A stretch of DNA of 62,025 nucleotides, the filler included, from Globobulimina sp. (Eukaryota): NCBI GenBank assembly GCA_003354225.1. It is 21 parts of 21 records of this genome, joined end to end, with 100 filler letters (N's around TTAATTAATTAA, not from the genome) between each part and the next. Parts side by side here need not be neighbours in the genome. Positions count along the whole stretch, not along the records: positions 8,883 to 11,742 come from PIVH01004589.1; positions 11,843 to 14,702 come from PIVH01004590.1; positions 14,803 to 17,662 come from PIVH01004591.1; positions 17,763 to 20,621 come from PIVH01004592.1; positions 20,722 to 23,580 come from PIVH01004593.1; 16 more parts are not named here. One strand, 5' to 3'. The position numbers and the translations under genes were made by a program. This document shows positions 10,907 through 22,107 of this stretch, in pieces (the stretch's first letter is position 1; each line of letters opens with the position of its first letter). The notes beneath the pieces are model-generated. The model saw only the letters and a program-made list of their open reading frames with translations, made no database searches and had not been told where the DNA came from.

Positions 10907-11742
10907 TCAATTAATACACTGATATTTACAATTCCCCATAAATGAAAGAATTGGATAATATTTCTTGTACGGTTCCACAGAAATCGCTTTTCTTACTTTT
11001 TTATCATTTAAATAGAACTTAATTTTCCAACTACGCAAATCCAAATATATTTTTATAACATCACCTTTGTTCCATCTCTGCATCAAATCTTTGTAACATC
11101 TCTCTTTCCCTCCATTGCTATTATAAGAAGCATAATATATTTTATTGTTTGCAATATCATTGACATACATTGCTCGGGCACCCAACGCATTAATTTTTGT
11201 ACTACTCACAACTCCAATTTCTTGTCTATAAATATCACATTTTAATACCTTAAACGACCAGAAATGACAGCCATTATTGAATCCTTTTGACGATATTAAA
11301 CATATTTTTTTCTCATTATTGTACATTTTAAATTTTATATTGAACGTATTATCCATTTGCATGTAATTTGAGAGTTGATATTTTTTATATTTCTCCAAAT
11401 CCATTGAATGCGTAATTGCAAATTTTTTGTTGCTGACATTACTTTCAGATTCCATATTATGTAAACAATAGTTATCAGACTGAGTCTCATTGATAAGTTT
11501 ACTGCGCCTTTTTGAAAATGTTGCATTGAATGGAATTTTTGATAGAAAATAAGCATCCGTGCTGTTCACAAATATACCATTGATAGCAAGCAATGTATCT
11601 CCGACTGATACTCCCAATTCATAACCTTTGGAATGCCGCAAGAGTTCAGAAACAATTACTTGCTCTTCAATACCAACAGTCTCAGTATCGACATTTGAAA
11701 CTTGAATGAAACCAATTCCGATTGATCTCTGGTTGATATGAA
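10907..11742 (-). CDS. PDZ-like + SPRY/B30.2-like protein (5' truncated)
   Basis: GVSVGDTLLAING (PDZ-like); GFNNGCHFWSFKV..EIGV..GDVIKIYLDL..IKFYLND..YYPILS (SPRY-like). Confidence 0.7.
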
Positions 11743-12204
11743 NNNNNNNNNNNNNNNNNNNNNNNNNNNNNNNNNNNNNNNNNNNNTTAATTAATTAANN
11801 NNNNNNNNNNNNNNNNNNNNNNNNNNNNNNNNNNNNNNNNNNCCAAAAATAGTCAACAAATAATTCTGAAAAGTATTCATTTCTGTGAAAATCTTCTAAA
11901 CAAATATCAGATAACAACCAAAATCCTATCATTATCATTCTTTTTGTTTGTTTGTGTTTCTTTTCAATGGGTCGATAATGCATTCGTTGCAACAACATAT
12001 GTGTTGTCCTGCAAGACAGTCAGACAGAACCAATCTCAGGTTTCTGAGTGAAAAAAAAAGTATTCATTTCAAACTTAGTATATATGAAACATGAACAAGA
12101 GTTTGTTTGTGATACCAATTGCAACTAACAATATGAGATTACAAAGTAAAAATTAGTTATTGTACAATGTACAAAGTTATAGTGGCTGTCATATGGAATC
12201 GATT

Positions 12205-14702
12205 CTAGTCTTGGTTGAAAGCGTCTTGCAAAACCTCCCTGAATGGCGTCCTATTCTTCCAGTATGGAATGACCTTTTCCGCATTGGTCAACTCCTCAAT
12301 CAAGGCAATAATCAAAGGGTCATTATAGCCAAACATTTCCGGCCCAGACACCGTGCAGGTTTTCCTCCTCTTATCCGGATCTTTGGCATAATTCACCTTT
12401 GTAATCACGTTGGTCCACGCCGTAGACGCCGAGTTGGCAATAATTGGATTGTCCGGATCATCCGACGCAATCACGGCAAATTTGGGGCGGTCGCCAGCAT
12501 CGATAATCTTGGACGTATAAATCACTCTTTGTGACGGCTCCAAATAGGAAGGATGGATCCGCTGCGACTCGAAGCCATTCGGCCAAATATACTTTGAGCT
12601 CGAAAACAACTTCCTGTCATACACCACTTGGCCCAAACTGATAATGGACGCGCCCTGTTTCGCTTGGATGGGAAATATCAAATCACCATCTTCGTCGCGG
12701 CTCAATGTGCGGTACCTTTCAATCAATTCGCTGCTTTTGCCTACATAGCAACACACACAACACACAAATCAACAAATAAATCACGCATAACATAAAAAAA
12801 ACATATCTTGTGGTTCGAAAAAAGCAATTTAAAGCAAAAAAGATGTACCTTTTTTCGAACTACCAAGATAAACATCCATTAATATTTCTGACGAGGCGAC
12901 AGACGGCGTTCTCAGTGCAGAATATTTACCTGTTCGTCTGGGCGATTTGCTCGATAATAGGCCGAGGTCGATGGAGGAGCACGGCGTCGGTGACTGCGAG
13001 TCGCCCGCATTCATTTCGTTCCTCTCGAACCACTCATTCATGTCTCGCTGGTAGTCCTCCCGCGTTTGGATGGGTTTGTAATAGAACTCGCCCTGGATCT
13101 CGGCCAAGGCGTTGTAATGCCACGTATCGCGCGTCGGCTCCTCGCCGCCGTGCGTCAACACGTACGCTACATAGCGCAGACGCAAAATCAACGGCTTTTT
13201 GGGCACGAAGAACCTCTCCAAAAAGTCACTGTGCTCTTTCACGTCGATCTCTTTCTTAAACAGCTCGTCTTGTAACACAATGTCGGGCGTCTGCTGCATG
13301 CCGTGTTTTAGGATCAATTGAATCACTAAGCGGTCGTGTTTGGGCGGATGCCACCATTCGGGCAATTTGCTGTTGGTGCCGGGCTCATTGCGTTGCGCCT
13401 TGACAATGCCGTACAATTTGCCTAAAGTGCTGTCGCCGATATCTTCCACTTTGCGCAAATGTACCCACATTTGCGCGCGTTGCCAGACCTTATTGGCCAG
13501 GTTCACCGTCAGCTGATGGTTGACAATGCTGTCCGGCTTTTTGAGGCCAAAATATTTCTCCACGTCCGACTCGCTCAACATGTCCATGTCGGTTTTCTTG
13601 ATTTTGTACCGGTTATGGTTGACGTAGTGATAATGCGGCAGGTAATTGTGCGAAGGCGGCGGGGGCGGAGGCATCGACAACGTCGCCATCGACTCGTTCA
13701 TATCGCGGGAGGTCGGCGAGCTTGCTTTGGATAATGATAAGTGGCCCAATGCCGACGACGACGTAATTGCCGTTGCAGAGACAGAGGATGAATTGGAATG
13801 AGAATGCGAATGCATATTATTATTATATTTGCGCGCTCTTTGATTTGCAAAATTGATCAAAATGTGCTGTTTATGTTTCTGGATCAAATGATTCATTTTG
13901 TTCACACATAATAATATCTCCTCGTTTTGCGAGTTGTATTTCTTGGATAATTTGTCATCAATCATACACTGAATGTGATTGAATATCTGCTTTGGTTCAT
14001 AATATTGATCTAATTCGATTTTGCTATAAATATCGTTCAATGTCAAGGCAGACAGCGATGAACCTTCGTTTTTGTTGTTGAATGAGGCAAAATGGGAACT
14101 GATAATATTATCATTTAATATATCTGTCACCATCGACAAACACGCGCCTTTGATTAAATCTGGCAATGCAATTTGGGGCTGTTCCATCATGGACATACTC
14201 GGTGATAATGAGGGTGGCATATTGTCCATATTCGCCGATGGCGTTTGCGACGCGGATCGTGCTCTTCGTGCATTGATCTTTGCCAATTCCGTCGGACGAC
14301 AGAATTTCTCCTGCAACTCGACGGGTAATTCGATGCGGCCACAAACAATTAACTCCTTTAACCGTTCACAACGAATTAAATACTCCACATTGGACATAAA
14401 CGAATAAAAATAAGACTCCACTTGTTCTGCGGTCTTAGGCGATTTCGATTTAGTTTTCAATTCATACCATGCTATTTTGCCGTATATCTGCACCGTGCGT
14501 TGCAAAGCGTGCATTTCTTTCAATGAAAAGTTCCACATTCGGCCAATACGCGTGCGGCTGTTGGTCAATTTCCCCTTTTTGGACCCGCGCGAACTGTATC
14601 TCTTACTGCTTTTGGTCGCGACGCTCTCTTCTTTCACGCTGTTGCCGGTGCTCTTATTGCTTGTTGCGGTGCCATGATACCGCGTTTTCTTAATAGCATG
14701 CA
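12205..14702 (-). CDS. C-terminal part of a CHD-like chromatin protein with SANT/SLIDE-like region and FYRN/FYRC domains (intron 12741-12848)
   Basis: LPEWWHPPKHDRLVIQLILKHG resembles the CHD6-9 post-helicase region. IISLGQV..YIWPNGFES.R..Y.SKIID.G.RPKF and SASTAW..VSGPEMFG are FYRN/FYRC-like. Confidence 0.75.
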
Positions 14703-16056
14703 NNNNNNNNNNNNNNNNNNNNNNNNNNNNNNNNNNNNNNNNNNNNTTAATTAATTAANNNNNNNNNNNNNNNNNNNNNNNNNNNNNNNNNNNNNNNNNN
14801 NNTATATTGTGAGACTGAAATGTAGAAATAACGGTCTGATTCCGATGGGTATTTTGTACGGAAATGTGGTTTATTTTAAATATAGAACTGGAAACAAACA
14901 ATCAATTAACGACTGCCAAATGATTAGTGTCTGCTGTGCATTGCCATACTGCTGTCTCTGACTCTCTGTTTATGATTGTGTCTTTCAATTCAAGCGATCA
15001 TGATCTGTACTAAAAAGTTTTTTTTTTCATTTGCACCATGCTTTCGTTCTTTTGTCCCGTCGTTGTGTGTGTTGAACAAACACATTTCCCTCTTAAAGCA
15101 AGATAAAATTATAAGTTCACAAAAACAAAACAAAACAATCTTTTATTGTCCTGTGTCCCTTTGCATTTTCTTCCGCAGATTGAGAAATAACGCGCCGCAT
15201 AAATTCCTAAATTTGCCCAAACGCCAAAAATCATCGCAATATTTGTTCATCCTTGTCACATTCGCCATAGTCAGACACGACTCATTGGCTCATTCAGCCC
15301 AGGCAAACAATACAGGGCAATCCACGTCTGTTAAATATTTGGTTTTCATATATCGCCCGCGCAAAGGGTGAGTCATATATCGTTCAGTGCTGAGTCCTCT
15401 CTGTCGCGGTTTGCGTCGCCTCTCCGATGTCAGCAGATGAAACACTGAAAATTCCGATTTTTTGTGCGATATTTTGTAATAATTCTCGTCAGTCAAACAG
15501 AGTACAAATGCCATTTCTCTTTTTTTGACATATTAGGAGTGCTATCATCGGAATATGATTTGGCATTTGAGTTGCAACATGAATGAATATTTATGCATCT
15601 GTATGCAGTTATTTGAATAGAATTATGCATTGAGTGCAGTCATTGAAGTGTCTTACTATGACAAGAAACAATTTATTAAGCATTTGGTTTGATTAGTTAC
15701 ACAAAAGTGCAGAGACATTGATTTATGAAAATATTCAAAATTGTAAATTGGTGGTTTGTTCATTATGCATTCCACATGCGGAAATGGTACTGAAAAACGA
15801 TGATTTTTTTTGTATCAGTTATGAAAAGAGTAGTTATTTTTGTTCCTGAGTGGGAATATTATTCTTGCATCTGAGTGCTATCATTGAAATATAATTTGGA
15901 ATTTGAGTGCGAAGTGAATTAATGAATATTTATGCATCTGTGTGCAGTTTAATATTGGAATATAATCATGTATTTTGGTACAGTTATAGTGATATAATTA
16001 GCATCTAAGCGCGGATTTTAAGAATATAATTTTTGCATCTGAGTGCGGAATGATTC

Positions 16057-16137
16057 AATATTTGTGCATCTATGTGCGAATTGAATATTTGTGCATCTAT
16101 GTGCGAATTGAATATTTGTGCATCTATGTGCGAATTG
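16057..16137. repeat. 3 x 27-bp perfect tandem repeat
   Basis: aatatttgtgcatctatgtgcgaattg x3; degenerate copies near 15585, 15925 and 16025. Confidence 0.95.
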
Positions 16138-17014
16138 GAAACCCAAACATGGCAGAACATGCGGAAAGTTGGCAGAAAATACGGAAATTTCGCAGGGCGG
16201 AACCATACGACAGTGGTGTACAGTATCATAGTGCAGGGCGGTACCGTACATCGTGATAGAAATTTCGCAGGGCAAAACCATACGACAGAAAGGCAGTGCA
16301 AGGATTTGGAAAAATAGGTTATAAATGAAAAAGAAAGATAAAATAATGAAAAATAATTAAGAAAATGAAACAATGAAAGCCCGTACCTGTGAAGGAACCT
16401 GTAGTCAGTGGATTCATTCCGATTCGGTGTCAATTATTATACTGTCGGAATTGTTCTCCAGTCGTGGCTCCTTTCTAGCACCACTTGAGTGCGCTATAGC
16501 CTGTACTGCATTTGCAGAAGTAGTCTTGACTACCAAATTATTATTGTCATCAAAGTGTTTGTGTTGGATCACTGTTGGTGCAATAATGTCAAAATATCAC
16601 GCAATTTTTATAAAATAGTCGTTGTTATGTTTGTCAGTTTTGGTGTCATATTTAAAATCTAAGAATAAAAGGTTTGCGCTCTAAAATAATAATGCTATCG
16701 TCAACTCTTTCTTGATTGGCTGTGCTTATTCTGACATATTGAATAATATTGACAAAATATAGATCCAATACAGGGCTTATTTATGCAAATGACTCGAATG
16801 CCTTCCAAATCAATGTGATTGCAGTGATGATTGTTTGCTCCTCAAACGGATCTGTGAATGTCTCCTCGACATATGATAATAATTCCGGATTTGTAGGCCG
16901 TTTATTCTCGTTATTTACCAATAACCAAAGTGCTAATATAGTGTTGTCCATATACTTTCCAAATCTCGAGCCATTTCTGTCTGTAATATCGCCTATAAAC
17001 TGTGCAATACAAAT

Positions 17015-17404
17015 ATGTATGTTGTTTATCGACAGTGGATCACATTGTGTAAATGTGGAGACAAATTGAGAGCAGTTATGACGAATAAATGTTACGGAAT
17101 GAATACATGCATCAGTTGCAATGAGTGTAAACAAATGTTCAAAGATTGCATGGTATGGCATTGCATTAAATCGTTTGTAGAGCCCCATCAAAATGGCTAT
17201 GATTTATGTGTGGAGTGCGGCAGTAAACATACCATCGAATATAAACAGACAATGGAAGAAAAGAAAAACGAGGACAGCAAAGAAGACCCATTGATATATT
17301 TGATTAACAAAGCACAAATGCAAATCAATTATGCCAATCCAAGCACAAACCAAGATTACACTGCCATTTTATGGGAAATTTTCAGTCTTATGCGCCATGT
17401 CTGA
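17015..17404 (+). CDS. Cys/His zinc-finger (ZZ/C1-like) ORF, possibly a degenerate gene fragment
   Basis: CKCG..CNEC..WHC..H.NGYDLCVEC; the same module occurs at 44690 and 59173. Confidence 0.55.
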   Translation: MYVVYRQWITLCKCGDKLRAVMTNKCYGMNTCISCNECKQMFKDCMVWHCIKSFVEPHQNGYDLCVECGSKHTIEYKQTMEEKKNEDSKEDPLIYLINKAQMQINYANPSTNQDYTAILWEIFSLMRHV

Positions 17405-18281
17405 ATCAGAGCGAGACCAGTGTCCTAAATGTGAGATGGTTTTATTTGGTGAAATCTGCGGAATTGTATAAAGAAATGACAGTGGAAATACTGATGTTTG
17501 CCGCAATGAAAGTTGTGTTTGAAAAGATTAAGAAACTGAAATGTGTATTGTGTGCTTGGGATATATTGTGAGACTGAAATGTAGAAATAACGGTCTGATT
17601 CCGATGGGTATTTTGTACGGAAATGTGGTTTATTTTAAATATAGAACTGGAAACAAACAATCNNNNNNNNNNNNNNNNNNNNNNNNNNNNNNNNNNNNNN
17701 NNNNNNTTAATTAATTAANNNNNNNNNNNNNNNNNNNNNNNNNNNNNNNNNNNNNNNNNNNNCATAGATTCTATTTGGGATTAATGCACTAAACTGATAT
17801 CCTGACCAAATCCTATAACACTATATCGGCGCTACACGGTTGAGAGTAGAATGTATTACTTTGAGTTTTGTTTGAAGTTAATACAGAAAGATCTCCAAAT
17901 TTATTCGCTAGTGTCTGCAACACTAAACTGTAACTATTGAATAGTAATGTATGATCAATGTAGCTTATATGGTTGCGTAGAACACGTATGCATCACACAA
18001 CCACTACAATCAACTGTATGGTGAATGTTATAACTGGATTGGCTTATTCTTTCCTTGCATTACAAACATATATTTATAGTACAAAAATATGACATCGATG
18101 TATATATGGGACATTTTTAATGGAAAGTATGATAATATATTAATAGATACACTGATTCTGGAGTTAATAGATACAATTTAAAACATAAAATGAATTGAAT
18201 CGCATAAATTTATATGCAATAAAAAGACATAAATGTATGCATAGATCTATATTATAAAAATAATTAATGCTTCACACAAAT

Positions 18282-19321
18282 TCAATCACACAAAAGTAAT
18301 CTGTACTGTACATCAAACGGCTCCACTCTGTGACACTCAAAACTAATCGCTGGATAATAATGACCCGCACCGACACACAATTCACCAACTTTTTCATCAT
18401 CGAAATAAAATGTTACGATTCTTTCCCATAAGTCAACTTTTATTGAAATAATCATTCCATCATAAATGTTCTTATTTACATTTTTACACTGTCGCCGCGA
18501 ACCAAAATCATAACAACATATCTTCGGTCTGCTTGCTCCATCAGCACTAAATGCATATGTTAGGCCAGAATCAGCCCTCGAAAACAACCAAGATCTCGAA
18601 ATCGAATATAAATTATTCCTATTCCAATCGTTTGCATTATTACTTGTAATCATTCCTATTCCAATGTTCCTTTTATTGTGTTTGAGGCATTGCACTCTTA
18701 ATTCATGTTTGCCGCCCTTCCATGCTGCAGAAAATAACAAATATGTATAATGCAACGACCTGTTACAATGCTGTGTGGTCAATATTTGATGCTCTATATC
18801 CACAAAAAACTTGTTATCTCTCGATAGTTTGTACGGAGGCAGGCTCTAAATATTAATATAGCAAACAACTCAAAATAACAATGCGTGGCAAAAACGTTAA
18901 ATATATGTATACGAATTATCAAATAATAAAATGATATGAGCATAGTGACAACATCTCGAGGAATAACAATTTGTTTCTTCTTTTCTAAAGATCTAAAATA
19001 TCCATAAAATAATAATTCAGATTTACTTTTCCTTAAATAACTTACTAAACATTTCTTTTTTGGTCCGTTAGATTTATATTTATAATTTAGCCTCGCTGAT
19101 AACAATGCTTTTTTGTCTTTTGCTGTTTGTATTATTTGTAATGAATTGCTATGATTTGAAAGTGGGGGATTGTCATTGTTAATATTTTTATATGCAGCAA
19201 GAATTCGGTCAATTATTTCTGTCTTACTCCCTTGTGTTGATAACTTGAGGCGTTTGCTTTTTCGTCGCAATAATCTGACATTTTGTTTCAATAATTCTTT
19301 TTTTGTTTCAAACAAAGCCAT
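18282..19321 (-). CDS. SAP domain + F-box-like motif + SPRY-like protein (probable intron 18846-18895)
   Basis: LRRKSKRLKLSTQGSKTEIIDRI (SAP-like); LLFYGYFR..IPRDVV; WKGGKH..IGIGM..ISIKVDL..VTFYFD..YYPAIS. A 50-nt GT-AG intron restores the frame. Confidence 0.7.
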
Positions 19322-19659
19322 GCTTAGAACTTCAGCTTAGGAGTTTTTTTTAAATCAAGGAATATCTTTTACTTTTACACAACAGTATAAAAACGTTTCT
19401 CAGATGTCTTTTGGTCACGTAATTGACTTATTAACTTTCAGATGGTCCTATACACGCTCGTATGAGATCATAATCAATCCATAACAATTCATTTGAATGT
19501 CCAACAGTCAGTAGATTTGCTTTTCTGACGGGATAGCAAAGAGTTTCTGGTTCATTTTTACAAGGCAAAAGATTTTTTCATGACTAAGAATATTTTTCAT
19601 GTATGGCTTAGATTTATGTTTACCACCACTACAAAAAAAATATATAGTATTTTAGTATT

Positions 19660-20120
19660 TTCCTCAATAGTTTTTTTGTTCATAGTATTTTAGTAGTAGT
19701 AGTACAAAATTCGATCAGGACGTAAGTCTGATTCCATGCTCACGGTTTGCTGGAACTTAGTATTTTCCCCAATATTTTTTTTGTTTCATAGTATTTTAGT
19801 ATTTTCCTTAATATTTTTTTGTTTCATAGTATTTTAGTATTTTCCTCAATATTTTTTTGTTTCATAATATTTTAGTGTTTTCCTTAATATTTTTTTGTTT
19901 CATAGTATTTTAGTATTTTCCTCAATATTTTTTTTTAAAATACTAAAATATTATGAAACAAAAAAATATTGAGGAAAATACTAAAATACTATGAAACAAA
20001 AAAAATATTGGGGAAAATACTAAGTTCCAGCAAACCGTGAGCCTGGAATCAGACTTACGTCCTGATCGAATTTTGTACTACTACTACTAAAATACTATGA
20101 ACAAAAAAACTATTGAGGAA
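19660..20120. repeat. Near-perfect fold-back (arms about 185 bp) built partly of ~34-bp tandem subunits
   Basis: 19660-~19845 is the reverse complement of ~19936-20120; internal repeats of tagtattttcc(t/c)aatatttttttgtttcatagtatt. Confidence 0.9.
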
Positions 20121-20721
20121 CAAAAATGAATTGATATTGAGAATGAAAAATGGGATGTATTTGGTGGTAATAAGAGGTACTACACAGCGTCACAACCACC
20201 AAATACAAACAAGAAAGAATATGTTTTGAATTTGAATGTATTTGATGATGACCGTGGACATTGTTTATCTAATTGTCAGCACATTTTTGTTTGTTTTATT
20301 AATTGTTTAATTGATATTTTCTTTGTGCAAGGATAAAATCTGACTGTCAGATCAAAAACAAAAAGCACAAACAAACATGTTCTGGCATTTGCATTTTTAT
20401 CATCCGATTCTATTTTTTTTATCCAATCTTATCTATCCTCTCAATCTAACCAATTCAATCTAACCAATTCAATCCAATCCAATCCACTCAATTTAATTCA
20501 ATCCAGGAAGGAAAATAGGTTAATAATAAAATGTTAATGGTTCCCGATGAAACACAACCTTTAAGAATTCAATTTTGACTTTCAATGTTTTTATTTTGAA
20601 TAATCTGTAAAAAACTGTAAANNNNNNNNNNNNNNNNNNNNNNNNNNNNNNNNNNNNNNNNNNNNTTAATTAATTAANNNNNNNNNNNNNNNNNNNNNNN
20701 NNNNNNNNNNNNNNNNNNNNN

Positions 20722-20986
20722 CATTAAATTCTGTTAAAATATAGTTCCAATTAATATAAATATTCGGGCCAATGTGTTTTGTCAAAGAATAAAAAATTTT
20801 ATTCAGTATATCCTGATTATTATGAGATAAGCTTTTAAAATATGAATAACTTAATTGTGTAATGCTGGTAGGTACGATGGATAGCGTTGATCTCTGCGAG
20901 TTTAACATGGATTCCATTTCACGAACATAACCATAAAGCAACAATTCATCCTGTTTCAACAAATAAACATATAACAAATGTGACAT
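20722..20986 (-). CDS. N-terminus of an F-box-like-motif protein (3' truncated)
   Basis: ELLLYGYVR...IVPTSITQLSYSYF, the same motif as in 18282-19321. Confidence 0.55.
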
Positions 20987-21046
20987 GCTCAATATCGTCT
21001 CCTAAACTACAATAAACCCCTATATTAAAACACAAGCTGTGATTTA

Positions 21047-22081
21047 TTATAATTTAGAAACAAGGGAATCATTGCAAACTGTAATCAACAATTTTCCAAC
21101 AGATTTCCTTGACATTAAATCTCTGTATGCATCCCTAATTGACTCAACATCAAAAGTATATTTTTTGCCAATCATGGGCTTTAATTGATTGTTTTTATAC
21201 ATTTCAAACGCTTGCAATATAGCATTTGTGTACAAAGTATAATCTTTTCTTGCGGTGTCACCCAATCGAACTCCGAGAACATCAATATTTTTCATTAAAA
21301 TTCTATTCATTTTGACAGTCGGTATTGTCCCCGATGTAAATCCGATAATCAATACCTTTCCCAATCTATTCATACATTTCAATCCTTGGTTAAAAGCAGC
21401 ACCGCCAACGATACTGACAAATACATCAATGCCACCAAATTGTTTCTTGATTATTTTGCTCCAATTTCTATTTTTTCTATAATTTATAACAAAATCACAT
21501 CCATTCCGAATTGCAATTTCTTTTTTCTTGTCATTTCCAACACAGCCAATAATCTTTTTGCATCCAACAGCTTTTGCAATTTGAATGCAGGCAGTCCCCA
21601 TGCCGCCACTTGCTGCGGTTATCAATATGCTTTGTTTTGAATTAATACTGGCGCGTTTTATTAGTGCCATTGACGCCGTTCCAAAACTGCTGACAAATGC
21701 TGCGCCATCATCGAATGTCATATTGTGTGGCATTTTCCATATTGACGCTGCAGAACAAATTGTATATTGGCACAATGAGCCATGATTTTGACTTCTCACC
21801 GCTGCGCCACACACTCTGTCACCAACCGCAAATGTGGTGTTTTTACGGCCACATTTGACCACAATGCCTGCAAATTCGCTGCACAAAACAAATGGAGGCG
21901 TCTGTCGGTGTTGATATTTGGATTCAAGAATTAATCCATCGAAAAAATTTAGACCAGCGGTCTTGACTCGAACCAATATTTGATTTGCTTTCGGTTCTGG
22001 TATTCTCATTTTCGAAGAGATAACGTGCTTCAAACTCTCTTCGTAATTGTTGCCCAGTTTCTGACAAACAAAAGCTTGCAT
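21047..22081 (-). CDS. NADPH:quinone oxidoreductase (zeta-crystallin/MDR family)
   Basis: GLNFFD, PPFVLCSEFAG, AASGGMG, VGKLLI; first in-frame ATG at 22081. Confidence 0.93.
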   Translation of the reverse strand: MQAFVCQKLGNNYEESLKHVISSKMRIPEPKANQILVRVKTAGLNFFDGLILESKYQHRQTPPFVLCSEFAGIVVKCGRKNTTFAVGDRVCGAAVRSQNHGSLCQYTICSAASIWKMPHNMTFDDGAAFVSSFGTASMALIKRASINSKQSILITAASGGMGTACIQIAKAVGCKKIIGCVGNDKKKEIAIRNGCDFVINYRKNRNWSKIIKKQFGGIDVFVSIVGGAAFNQGLKCMNRLGKVLIIGFTSGTIPTVKMNRILMKNIDVLGVRLGDTARKDYTLYTNAILQAFEMYKNNQLKPMIGKKYTFDVESIRDAYRDLMSRKSVGKLLITVCNDSLVSKL

Positions 22082-22107
22082 AGTGACATGCAGCAAGACT
22101 AAATTAA

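Larger units (their letters stand above)
14803..17662. repeat. Self-overlapping contig: 2,759-bp circular or tandemly repeated unit
   Basis: 14803-14903 is identical to 17562-17662 (101 nt). Confidence 0.92.

Noticed and set aside
16057-16288. Possible CRISPR array
   Set aside because: The 27-bp repeats have no spacers, the 30-bp repeat has only two copies, there are no cas genes, and the context is eukaryotic.
16005-16433. Several overlapping ORFs with repeated peptides
   Set aside because: Translations of the 27-bp tandem repeat.
14803-17662. CRESS-DNA virus or plasmid call for the self-closing contig
   Set aside because: No HUH Rep, SF3 helicase or capsid ORF recognisable; kept only as an unexplained circular/tandem unit.
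20400-20505. AATCC/AATCTAACC repeats (and the poly-C at 5941) as telomere-like sequence
   Set aside because: Irregular, short and internal; simple low-complexity sequence.
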